From positions 1-61,315 of the forward strand of contig CAJGEA010000001.1 of assembly GCA_904502015.1 (NCBI GenBank): DNA of 61,315 nt, read 5' to 3'. The notes below the pieces were generated by a model. The model was not told the DNA's origin and ran no database searches. It was given only the letters and a program-made list of their open reading frames with translations. Source of the stretch: an uncultured Clostridia bacterium (GTDB lineage: Bacteria; Bacillota; Clostridia; Oscillospirales; CAG-272). The translations under genes and the position numbers were made by a program. The number at the start of each line of letters is the position of its first letter. Position 1 is the first letter of the stretch. Of the stretch, positions 19,259 through 27,440 are shown in pieces.

Positions 19259-20143
19259 ATGGATCAAACTATGCCCTTCATTCATGTGGAGGATCTTTCC
19301 TACGCCTACGTGGGAGAGGATGAAAAGCCCATCCCCGTGCTGGATCATATCTCCCTCGACATTCGGGAAGGGGAATACGTGGCCATTCTGGGGCACAACG
19401 GCTCGGGTAAATCCACCTTTGCCAAAATGCTCAACCTCGTGGTAGAGGATTATACCTACGCAGAGGGAAAGATTTATATTGACGGTATGGATATCATGTC
19501 CCCCGATATGACCGACGATGACGTGCTGAATCTTCGCCGCGCGGTTGGCATGGTGTTTCAGAATCCCGACAACCAGCTCGTCGCCACTATTGTGGAGGAG
19601 GACGTTGCCTTCGGTCCCGAAAACATCGGTATCCCGCACCCAGAGCTGCGTGAGCGCGTGGATCGCGCCCTCGCCGCCGTGGGCATGACCGAATACGCCC
19701 ACCACGAGCCTCACCGTCTGTCAGGCGGGCAAAAGCAACGTGTAGCCATCGCGGGTATCATCGCCATGATGCCCCGCTGTATGATTTTTGATGAATCAAC
19801 CGCCATGCTGGATCCCGTCGGCCGCCGTGAGGTGGTCGAAACTATGGAACAGCTCAACCGCGAGCAGGGCATCACGGTACTGTCCATCACCCACTATATG
19901 GACGAGGCGGCGCGCGCCGACCGTGTGATCGTCCTTTCGGACGGCAAGGTCGTTTTAGACGGCAAGCCCGAGGAGGTATTCTCCCGCGGAGATATACTGC
20001 ACCGCGTCGGTCTTGAGTTGCCGCAATGTACCGCGGTGTCCCAATACCTGAAGGCGCGCGGAATCCCGCTGGACGGCGTCCTCAACATGCCCGAGCAGTG
20101 TGCCGATGCAATTGCGCGCGCATGGAAAAACGGGCAAAACTGA
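19259..20143 (+). CDS. ecfA1: ECF transporter ATPase EcfA1
   Basis: Walker A GHNGSGKST, signature LSGGQKQRVAIAG, Walker B MIFDEST. First of the ecfA-ecfA-ecfT triad. Confidence 0.85.
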   Translation: MDQTMPFIHVEDLSYAYVGEDEKPIPVLDHISLDIREGEYVAILGHNGSGKSTFAKMLNLVVEDYTYAEGKIYIDGMDIMSPDMTDDDVLNLRRAVGMVFQNPDNQLVATIVEEDVAFGPENIGIPHPELRERVDRALAAVGMTEYAHHEPHRLSGGQKQRVAIAGIIAMMPRCMIFDESTAMLDPVGRREVVETMEQLNREQGITVLSITHYMDEAARADRVIVLSDGKVVLDGKPEEVFSRGDILHRVGLELPQCTAVSQYLKARGIPLDGVLNMPEQCADAIARAWKNGQN

Positions 20144-20185
20144 CTTCTATTGCAATCAACCCGAAAGGGTGAGGAGCGTTTGTTC

Positions 20186-21139
20186 ATGAAGAAAAAAACA
20201 AAATCCATTCAACCGAACCGCACGGACACCGCGGTCGGTATGAATATAGTCAACCAAGCCGAAAAACCGAAAATTCGGTTGGAAAATATCAACTACGTCT
20301 ACGGTAAGAATACGCCCTTTGAGGTTCACGCGTTGGACGGCGTTTCGCTGGATATCCACCGAGGGCTGCTGACCGGAATCATTGGGCACACGGGATCGGG
20401 TAAATCCACGCTTGTTCGATTGCTCAACGGTCTTGACCGAGCCGAGCAGGGGCGTGTTCTACTCGATGGGCAGGATATTTGGGAAAACCCCAAGGAAATC
20501 GGCAAGATACGATTCCGCGTGGGCCTGGTTATGCAGTACCCGGAGTACCAGTTGTTCGAGGAAACGGTCTGGGCGGATATCGCCTTTGGCCCGCGTAATA
20601 TGGGACTTATGGACGACGAGGTGGAGGCACGCGTGCGCGAAGCCGCCGCTTTTGTGGGCCTTGATCTCGCGCTGATGGAAAAATCACCCTTCGACCTTTC
20701 GGGCGGCCAAAAACGCCGCGTAGCCATTGCGGGTATTATGGCGATGCGCCCCGAGGTGCTGGTGCTGGACGAGCCTGCCGCAGGACTGGACCCTCGCGGC
20801 CGCCACACCATTTTCCAAGGCATTCGCGACTACAACCGCAAAACGGGTTGCACGGTCATAATCGTCAGCCACAGTATGGAGGACATGGCACAGTACTGCG
20901 ACCACGTAGTGGTTATGGCGCATGCCCGCGTTTTCATGGCAGGCACACGAGACGAGGTGTTCGCCCGCGCCGATGAGCTTGAGGCCGTCGGTTTGGATAT
21001 TCCACAGGTTACGAAGCTCTGTGTCCTGCTCCATCAGGCAGGGTTGCCCATTCCCGTGGGACTTTACACGCAGGAAACGGTTGAAAACGCGCTTCTTGCG
21101 CTGTTCCAAGAAGGAAAGGGAGGTGTGCGCCATGAATAA
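20186..21139 (+). CDS. ecfA2: ECF transporter ATPase EcfA2
   Basis: GHTGSGKST, LSGGQKRRVAIAG, LVLDEPAAGLD. The start is uncertain: ATG 20186 has a GAGGAG RBS, and 20240 is an alternative. Confidence 0.85.
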   Translation: MKKKTKSIQPNRTDTAVGMNIVNQAEKPKIRLENINYVYGKNTPFEVHALDGVSLDIHRGLLTGIIGHTGSGKSTLVRLLNGLDRAEQGRVLLDGQDIWENPKEIGKIRFRVGLVMQYPEYQLFEETVWADIAFGPRNMGLMDDEVEARVREAAAFVGLDLALMEKSPFDLSGGQKRRVAIAGIMAMRPEVLVLDEPAAGLDPRGRHTIFQGIRDYNRKTGCTVIIVSHSMEDMAQYCDHVVVMAHARVFMAGTRDEVFARADELEAVGLDIPQVTKLCVLLHQAGLPIPVGLYTQETVENALLALFQEGKGGVRHE

Positions 21140-21968
21140 CATCGCCCTCGGCCAATACTACCCCGCGAAATCGGTGATGCACCGCCTTGACCCCCGCATC
21201 AAGGTCATTGGCGCCATTGCCTATATCGTAGCGGCGTTCCTTTGCCGAAACGTCACGGCGTTCGCCTTTCTGCTGTTGTCCTGCTTTGTGTTGATTCTGA
21301 TCAGCCGCATCCCGCTTCGGATCGTGCTGAAAAGCGTGCGCGCCCTGGTATTCATCATGCTCTTTACAGCGGTTCTGAACGTGTTTTGGGTCACCGATGC
21401 CACTGTGGAGCCCTTATTTGCGTGGCGATTCATTCGCATCTATGAGCGCGGCATTTATCAGGCCGTGTTTATCCTCGTCCGTATTGTCGCCATGGTCATT
21501 GGAACCAGCTTGTTCTTGACCTATACCACCTCACCCATTGCGCTGACCGATGCCATCGAGCGGCTCCTCAAGCCGCTGGCCAAGTTCCACGTCCCCATTC
21601 ACACCTTTGCCATGATGCTGACCATTGCACTTCGGTTTATCCCCACCATTGTCGAGGAAACCGATAAGATCATGGCGGCCCAGAAGGCACGCGGCGCAGA
21701 TTTCACAACGGGAAGTCTTACCAAACGCGCCAAGGCCCTCATTCCCGTGATCGTGCCCCTTTTCGCCTCGGCGTTCCGCAGGGCCGATGAGCTGGCGACC
21801 GCTATGGAATGCCGCTGCTACCATGGCGGGGAAGGGCGTACCAAACTACGCGTTCTGCGCTTGGGTGGGCGTGACGTAGTGGCCCTGCTGCTTATGGGCT
21901 TCTTCATCGCCGCTATCGTACTGCTCAACGTGTTTGGTAGTCGCTATGCGTGGCTGTTTACCATGTAA
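21132..21968 (+). CDS. ecfT: ECF transporter transmembrane component EcfT
   Basis: CbiQ/EcfT-like polytopic protein (MAAQKARGADF, FRRADELATAMECR). ATG 21132 overlaps the ecfA2 stop by 8 nt behind a GGGAGG RBS. Confidence 0.85.
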   Translation: MNNIALGQYYPAKSVMHRLDPRIKVIGAIAYIVAAFLCRNVTAFAFLLLSCFVLILISRIPLRIVLKSVRALVFIMLFTAVLNVFWVTDATVEPLFAWRFIRIYERGIYQAVFILVRIVAMVIGTSLFLTYTTSPIALTDAIERLLKPLAKFHVPIHTFAMMLTIALRFIPTIVEETDKIMAAQKARGADFTTGSLTKRAKALIPVIVPLFASAFRRADELATAMECRCYHGGEGRTKLRVLRLGGRDVVALLLMGFFIAAIVLLNVFGSRYAWLFTM

Positions 21969-22099
21969 AATGAGCAGAAAAAACTTATTTTGCAGGCAAA
22001 ACAGAAAAACTTTTCCAAAAAACAGCAGGTCAAATTTAACAAACTTTTCGCGATCAATTTGACAAATCGGCTATATGGCCGAAAGATCGTAGTCATAAT

Positions 22100-22160
22100 G
22101 CCCAAAATCAAGACGATGTATTGTTAAAATAGATCAATGAAACCTTGATTTTGGGCTTTT
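22100..22160 (+). terminator. 13-bp hairpin with 31-nt loop plus T4 (possible ecfT terminator or structured RNA)
   Basis: GCCCAAAATCAAG (22100-22112) pairs with CTTGATTTTGGGC (22144-22156), then TTTT. Confidence 0.4.
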
Positions 22161-22196
22161 CTCCCTCCGTTTTTGAAAAAACGCACAAAAATTCTC

Positions 22197-22224
22197 TTGA
22201 CAAGTCCCAAAATTGTGATATAAT
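22197..22224 (+). promoter_or_regulatory. near-consensus promoter of the sigma-factor gene
   Basis: TTGACA (22197-22202), 16-nt spacer, TGaTATAAT extended -10 (hexamer at 22219-22224). Confidence 0.65.
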
Positions 22225-22308
22225 ATACATATAAGGACAGATATACGATGCCATGAATGTTCCAATATTCACGGTGACGTGTGATCTGACCGGAAAAGGT
22301 GTAACCGT

Positions 22309-22926
22309 ATGAAGGAAACCAACACCACCCCCGAGCTCAGTGCTCTTGCATCGGGCGAGGTGGGTGCCGTCGATCCCACCGTTCGCGCACTCATTATAGA
22401 GGCACAAGGCGGTAGCCAAGAGGCTTGCAATACGCTCAGGCAAAAATACCGCCCGCTTCTCGAATCCTCCTTGTCCCACTTCAGCGCTTCAGAAATGACC
22501 CTGCAAGAGATCGCCGATCTGCAGGAGGAAGCCGAACGGGTATTTCTCAACGCCATATTCTCCTATGACAACGAGCAGAACGCGGTTGATTTTGGCCTCT
22601 ACGCCAAGATCTGTTTGCATAACGGACTCATCTCGGAATGGCGGCGTATCAACGTCCGTCGTCGGGTGATGCCTGTGTCCCTCGGAGACGTGGAGACTTC
22701 GGTTGGCGAAGACCCCGCCACGGGGTTTGCCGATGCGGAGCAGTTCCGCGAGCTGTGCCGCGCCGTGCGCGAGCTCCTGTCGGACTTTGAGAACGCGGTA
22801 TGGTGGAAATATGTGATGGGCGAATCGGTTTCCGACATTGCAAGATCCCTTTCCCGTGATGAACGATCTGTCCATAACGCCATTTACCGAATCCGTCGCA
22901 AGCTCAGAGAGCATCTCTCCCTGTAA
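22309..22926 (+). CDS. sigma-70 family RNA polymerase sigma factor, SigH-like architecture
   Basis: Region 2-like DFGLYAKICLHNGLISEWRR. Region 4 HTH LSDFENAVWWKYVMGESVSDIARSLSRDERSVHNAIYRIRRKLREHL. Confidence 0.7.
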   Translation: MKETNTTPELSALASGEVGAVDPTVRALIIEAQGGSQEACNTLRQKYRPLLESSLSHFSASEMTLQEIADLQEEAERVFLNAIFSYDNEQNAVDFGLYAKICLHNGLISEWRRINVRRRVMPVSLGDVETSVGEDPATGFADAEQFRELCRAVRELLSDFENAVWWKYVMGESVSDIARSLSRDERSVHNAIYRIRRKLREHLSL

Positions 22927-23056
22927 GCTGTAACGCGTAAAGCGACGAGGCGGATGGGTGGCTATATGCTCTGATGGTTTAAGAAAAACGCGGGAATCCG
23001 AGATGACGGTTTAAGTCCGTCAAGGGGCAGTATATCAGTAAAGTGAGGAAACGCCA

Positions 23057-23389
23057 ATGTACGAAGACGAGATCATGGACACCGAAGAGGCCGCCGAGGC
23101 TGCAGAGGTTGCCTACCAGGATGAGACTCTGGTTTGCAAGGAATGCGGTAACGAATTCGTGTTCACCGTGGGAGAACAGCAGTTCTACGCTGAAAAGGGC
23201 TTCCAGAACAAGCCCAAGACCTGCAGAGCATGCCGTAACGCCAGAAAGAACGCAGACAAGCCCGAGCGTCAGTATTTTGAGGCAACCTGCTCCGATTGCG
23301 GTGCAATTGCCAAGCTGACCTTCCAGCCCAGCACGGATAGACCCGTCTATTGCAGTGCCTGCTTCGAGGCAAGAAGAAGAGATCAGTAA
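23057..23389 (+). CDS. double zinc-ribbon protein (CxxC-x25-CxxC and CxxC-x17-CxxC)
   Basis: CKEC...CRAC followed by CSDC-17 residues-CSAC. Acidic N-terminus; no TM segment; GTGAGGAAA RBS. Confidence 0.7.
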   Translation: MYEDEIMDTEEAAEAAEVAYQDETLVCKECGNEFVFTVGEQQFYAEKGFQNKPKTCRACRNARKNADKPERQYFEATCSDCGAIAKLTFQPSTDRPVYCSACFEARRRDQ

Positions 23390-23417
23390 GCATTGCTGGT
23401 TGATCGCTCCTGCGCAT

Positions 23418-23484
23418 CAACAAAAAACGGTATACTATGAGTCGGTAATGCCCGATTTGTGTATGCCGTTTTTTGTTGTTGTTG
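23418..23484. terminator. long hairpin terminator after the zinc-ribbon gene
   Basis: CAACAAAAAACGGTATAC (23418-23435) pairs with GTATGCCGTTTTTTGTTG (23461-23478), 18 bp with one mismatch. A-run and T-run flanks give a bidirectional design. Confidence 0.6.
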
Positions 23485-23504
23485 CGTTAATCAGCTCCGA
23501 TTGG

Positions 23505-23533
23505 TTGACAAGCAGGAGCGAAAATGGTATAAT
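23505..23533 (+). promoter_or_regulatory. consensus sigma-A promoter upstream of the lipoprotein gene
   Basis: TTGACA (23505-23510), 17-nt spacer, TATAAT (23528-23533). Confidence 0.65.
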
Positions 23534-23567
23534 ATATGTAGTCATTTTTATAGTAGAGGAAAAGTCT

Positions 23568-23951
23568 ATGCGCCGTATTCTGCTTGCCATTCTCGCTTTG
23601 ACAGTTTTATATACCGTCTGCGGATGTTCTGACCGTTATATAAAAGGGGACACATTTGCCCAAGCCGTTCCCCTGACGCCCGAAATGCTGGAGGAAATAT
23701 CCAGAGAAATATTTGAAGGTACGGGGACGGATGCAACAACATCCGACGAAACCAATCCCATCCCCGCGGAAACGCTCCCGCCTCTGACCGACGACAGCAC
23801 GGTGTATTGGCTTTCGGGAGGGAAGGTGAGCCACGTATCACGGGATTGCCGCTATATCCGTGACCGCGATGACGCGCTTACAGGCACGCTTGCCGAGGCA
23901 CAAATAGCAGGTAAGAGTAAGGTTTGCTCGGTTTGCTATCCGACAAACTGA
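23568..23951 (+). CDS. small lipoprotein with C-terminal H-x4-C...C-x2-C motif
   Basis: Signal/lipobox MRRILLAILALTVLYTVCGCS and C-terminal SHVSRDCRYI...KVCSVCYP. AGAGGAAAAG RBS. The ORF-track upstream extension is rejected. Confidence 0.6.
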   Translation: MRRILLAILALTVLYTVCGCSDRYIKGDTFAQAVPLTPEMLEEISREIFEGTGTDATTSDETNPIPAETLPPLTDDSTVYWLSGGKVSHVSRDCRYIRDRDDALTGTLAEAQIAGKSKVCSVCYPTN

Positions 23952-23989
23952 TTAAAATATTAAACCAAACCGAAAGGACGGGCTTATAT

Positions 23990-24574
23990 ATGAAACCGTG
24001 TTTGAAGAACCCCATATTGACCGTCCGATCCGCTTCCGCTCGAAAAAAATGGACGGTTTGTATTCTGCTTGTGGCCATTCTTTCCACCATGATTGTTATT
24101 TTTCTTTTCTCGTCCGAGCGCGTATCCGAATCGGGGGAGAGAAGCTTTAGCGTGACGGTACAGATTGCCCGTATTTTGTACCGTGACTTTGACAATCTCT
24201 CTCATGCCGAACAAACCGAAATCGTGGACGGAATGCACCGCGTCGTGCGAAAAGGCGCACACTTTGCCGAATACGCGGTACTGGGGGTCCTCGTGATGCT
24301 GGAACTGAGTGAAATATTCCTATCCCCTACAAGCACAGCGCGGCGTCGGCTTTACCTTGCCATGATGGCCGCCTCATTCGGGCTTTCCTACGCCATCCTC
24401 GACGAGGTACATCAAATTTTTTCCCATCGCGGAGCCAGCCCTCGGGACGTGTGTATTGATTTTGCGGGCGTCATTTTCGGTGTCGGACTTGTTGCAGGAT
24501 TGTCTTATATCATTCGACGGATTCGCGGCAGAAATCATGCCGCTCACCAATACGGCAAAGGAGAAAACGCATGA
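23990..24574 (+). CDS. VanZ family membrane protein
   Basis: RKGAHFAEYAVLG and ILDEVHQIFS motifs, with 4 predicted TM helices. Confidence 0.7.
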   Translation: MKPCLKNPILTVRSASARKKWTVCILLVAILSTMIVIFLFSSERVSESGERSFSVTVQIARILYRDFDNLSHAEQTEIVDGMHRVVRKGAHFAEYAVLGVLVMLELSEIFLSPTSTARRRLYLAMMAASFGLSYAILDEVHQIFSHRGASPRDVCIDFAGVIFGVGLVAGLSYIIRRIRGRNHAAHQYGKGENA

Positions 24575-25335
24575 AGGTCACTCGCTACCGGCTGTCAACC
24601 GCCAAGCCAAACATGCATTTTACAGCGGCGCTCGTGGCGGATCTGCACGATCTCCCTTATGCCCCCGTTCTTGACGCGATGAAACGGGAACGGTTCGACT
24701 GTATCCTGGTCGCGGGCGACCTGACCGAAAACTTAGAGCGATCCATACACGAGGTGCGCCGACCGGGTCTGGGCTTTCTCAAGGAAGCCGTAAAAATTGC
24801 CCCTACCTTTTACTCTTTTGGCAACCACGAGATCGGTGGATGCCATTCCGCCATTCGTAACCCTGAGCGGCTCTCGCCCGACCGTATTCCGATTCACCCT
24901 ACGTGGCGTGAATACATCACGTCAACAGGCGCGGTTCTGCTGGACGAAGCATGGACAACATGGCAGGGAATTGCCATCGGTGGTTTAGGTTCGGGACTGC
25001 TTAAACCCGGACGGAAGCCCAACTATGATTGGTTGAACGATTTTTCCAAAAATGCGGGCTATAAGCTCCTGCTGTGCCACCACCCCGAATACTTTGACCG
25101 CTATCTTCGTGACTACCCCATTGATCTCTTCGTATCGGGGCACGCGCACGGCGGGCAATGGCGCATATTCGGTCGCGGTGTCTACGCTCCCGATCAACAT
25201 CTTTTTCCCCGCTATACATCGGGCGTGCATGAGAACCGCTTGGTCATTTCCCGCGGCGTTGCCAACTCGGTGCGCTTCATCCCCCGCTTTTTCAACCCCT
25301 GCGAGGTGGTCATGATCACCGTAAGCTCAATATAA
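24571..25335 (+). CDS. metallophosphoesterase
   Basis: LVADLHD, VAGDLTEN, FGNHE and SGHAHGGQ motifs. ATGA overlap with the vanZ-like stop. Confidence 0.75.
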   Translation: MKVTRYRLSTAKPNMHFTAALVADLHDLPYAPVLDAMKRERFDCILVAGDLTENLERSIHEVRRPGLGFLKEAVKIAPTFYSFGNHEIGGCHSAIRNPERLSPDRIPIHPTWREYITSTGAVLLDEAWTTWQGIAIGGLGSGLLKPGRKPNYDWLNDFSKNAGYKLLLCHHPEYFDRYLRDYPIDLFVSGHAHGGQWRIFGRGVYAPDQHLFPRYTSGVHENRLVISRGVANSVRFIPRFFNPCEVVMITVSSI

Positions 25336-25339
25336 AGGT

Positions 25340-25378
25340 TGCCCGAGGGAGCCGAATGGCCTCCTCGGGCAGATTTTT
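25340..25378. terminator. bidirectional terminator between convergent genes
   Basis: TGCCCGAGG...CCTCGGGCA hairpin followed by a T5 run. Confidence 0.7.
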
Positions 25379-26342
25379 ATTTGGAAATTTTGACTTCAAT
25401 ATCGCCCGTGTCGGTCGTGATCTCACACATACCGCCGTTCATGGTTTTGGGAACTTCAACCTTGCCCGTGTCCGTTTTTGTGAAGAATATCTTTGCGGAG
25501 CGTAGCGTTCCTTCCACGTCGCCTGTGTCTGTCTTGATCGCGATTATAGCGGCATCGCAATCCTCAAACTCTACGTCTCCCGTGCTTCTTACGATGGTAA
25601 GCGCATGGGCGGCAATGATGTTTTTTAGGTCAATATCGCCCGTACTGCCGTTGGAAGAAAAGTCATAGCAGGCAATATCGGTCAGCTCTGCATCTCCGGT
25701 AGAAACGTGAATTCCAACGTCGCCAGCGCAGCTTACGCGGTTTGCCGCAATTTTTCCTGTTGTGACCGTGAGATCCAGCGAGCCGGCCGACACGTTTTCT
25801 ACCCGAATATTGCCCGTGCTTGTTTGGATCTTCATGCCGTGCAGGGTAGAAGCATGGCTCGTTACATCACCCGTGCCTTGCGAAATGTCCATGCTGTCGA
25901 AGGAGAAATCCTGCGGTATGCTCACATCGCCCGTGTGCGATCTTATTTGAAGCGCGCCATACTCCGCGCGGGGCAGATACACGGTGATCGTGGTGCTTTG
26001 GAATGAGATTCCAAAATACTCGTACCAGTGTCTCGTATCGGAAAGCTCGATGGTGAGGGTGTCGTCCTTTACCGTAACCGAATGCTTCAAGCTTACCTGC
26101 TCGCGACAAATCACCGTAACGTTCGCATCGTCGGACGGTGCAAATACGATGTCAGCGGTGTCGGAAACGACGGAAATATTCTTAAAGCTTTGGGTGATCG
26201 CATGTTCATTCGTTTCGTATTTGACTGTCGATAGCCTTGTAAAATCCCATCCAAGCATAGTCATTACACTCCCGAAAATAATCATACCCGTAAAAAGGAG
26301 AGAGGCGGCTATGATCAGCCAAATTTTCGTTGCTTTTTTCAT
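25377..26342 (-). CDS. DUF4097 family beta-strand-repeat protein (putative adhesin fold), N-terminal TM anchor
   Basis: At least 10 spaced repeats of the [ST]TG[DKN][VI] motif (STGDVEF, DTGDVEG, DTGKVEV, DTGDIEV ...). ATG 26342 overlaps the DUF1700 stop (ATGA). Confidence 0.75.
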   Translation of the reverse strand: MKKATKIWLIIAASLLFTGMIIFGSVMTMLGWDFTRLSTVKYETNEHAITQSFKNISVVSDTADIVFAPSDDANVTVICREQVSLKHSVTVKDDTLTIELSDTRHWYEYFGISFQSTTITVYLPRAEYGALQIRSHTGDVSIPQDFSFDSMDISQGTGDVTSHASTLHGMKIQTSTGNIRVENVSAGSLDLTVTTGKIAANRVSCAGDVGIHVSTGDAELTDIACYDFSSNGSTGDIDLKNIIAAHALTIVRSTGDVEFEDCDAAIIAIKTDTGDVEGTLRSAKIFFTKTDTGKVEVPKTMNGGMCEITTDTGDIEVKISK

Positions 26343-26941
26343 GATGCGTTCTCCTTTCCGACAAAGCATTTTTTGATCGACAAGGCCATGAGGCGCGTAA
26401 GTCGCGCCGCACCCTTGGTGGATGCCTTACATCCAAAGAAGGCAAATATGGAGAGTCCTGCACAGAAAACAGCAGTACCCAGAACGGCCATTCCGGAAGG
26501 AACGTGAGCGCCGCAGATAAAGCCAATTCCGCCAGCCAAACCGCCAACCGCGCAACTAACCAAGCCGGCAAATACAGCCCACAGAGACACGATGACAGAC
26601 CAAAGGGAGGCGTACAGCGATAGAATAACAGCGAACGCGGCAATCAGCAGGGAAAGCCATATCGGAGAACCGAGAGCAAGCAACACGATCTCCCACGCGT
26701 GAATCCTTCTTTTGGGCCTGATTCTTTGCTTGGCGAGCTTTATAAAGGGGGTGTCCTCGATGATCTGAGCCACAACCTCGTCCACCGTGCCGATTTCGCG
26801 CACGGCCTCCTCCTCGGTCAATCCCTCGTCTATCCGATCGTCGATCATTTCGGCGTAGAACGTCAGCCGTTCCTCAATGTCCTGCGGTGGCAATCCGCCC
26901 AGACGATCTTTCAGTTCTGCCAAAAATTCAGATTTACGCAT
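26339..26941 (-). CDS. DUF1700 family membrane protein
   Basis: N-terminus MRKSEFLAELKDRLGGLPPQDIEERLTFYAEMIDD followed by multiple TM helices. Overlaps the PadR stop by 8 nt. Confidence 0.75.
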   Translation of the reverse strand: MRKSEFLAELKDRLGGLPPQDIEERLTFYAEMIDDRIDEGLTEEEAVREIGTVDEVVAQIIEDTPFIKLAKQRIRPKRRIHAWEIVLLALGSPIWLSLLIAAFAVILSLYASLWSVIVSLWAVFAGLVSCAVGGLAGGIGFICGAHVPSGMAVLGTAVFCAGLSIFAFFGCKASTKGAARLTRLMALSIKKCFVGKENAS

Positions 26942-27254
26942 CTTTTTCGTCCCCCTTCGTCACAAATTGATAAATGGTCACCATCTCCTGCCACTCACTC
27001 TTGAATTCCTCGATGCGGCGGAGCCCCAAATCGGTGATGTGATAGTATTTCCGTAGTCGGCCGCCATGCTCGGCGGTGCGAACCGTCAGCATATCCGCGG
27101 CCTCCAGTCGCTTGAGAATGGTGTATAGCGTAGATTCCGACATCTCCAGATAAGGCTTCATATCCTTGATCATTTGGTAGCCGTAAGAATCCTCATTTTT
27201 GATGGTGGCCAGGACGCACACGTCCAGCAGCCCTCGTTTCATTTGAATATCCAT
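26934..27254 (-). CDS. PadR family transcriptional regulator (short subfamily)
   Basis: LDVCVLATIKNEDSYGYQMIK and STLYTILKRLE winged-helix motifs. AAGGGGAGG RBS 6 nt before ATG 27254. Confidence 0.85.
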   Translation of the reverse strand: MDIQMKRGLLDVCVLATIKNEDSYGYQMIKDMKPYLEMSESTLYTILKRLEAADMLTVRTAEHGGRLRKYYHITDLGLRRIEEFKSEWQEMVTIYQFVTKGDEKDA

Positions 27255-27278
27255 ACAATACCTCCCCTTGCGTAATAC

Positions 27279-27307
27279 ATCATACCACGAGGTATCGGCT
27301 TTGTCAA
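27279..27307 (-). promoter_or_regulatory. promoter of the PadR operon
   Basis: On the minus strand: TTGACA (27307-27302), 17-nt spacer, TGgTATGAT (hexamer at 27284-27279). Confidence 0.6.
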
Positions 27308-27350
27308 GAGGTTTTGCAAAGATTTTCAAAAAAAGATCGTACCAAAAGCC

Positions 27351-27379
27351 TTGACGCATCCACGGAAACATGCTATACT
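27351..27379 (+). promoter_or_regulatory. divergent promoter of the sulfatase-like gene
   Basis: TTGACG (27351-27356), 17-nt spacer, TATACT (27374-27379). Confidence 0.55.
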
Positions 27380-27440
27380 TATTTTAAAACATACAAAGGA
27401 AAAAGGCAGGAAACTCACATCCCGCCGTAACCAAGAAAAT

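Noticed and set aside
22927-23056. Possible structured RNA in the 130-nt gap between the sigma factor and zinc-ribbon genes (repeated GGTTTAAG, small hairpin GACGG-TTTAAGT-CCGTC).
   Set aside because: There is only a 5-bp stem and one short direct repeat. There is no terminator and no recognisable motif, so it is most simply an intercistronic spacer.
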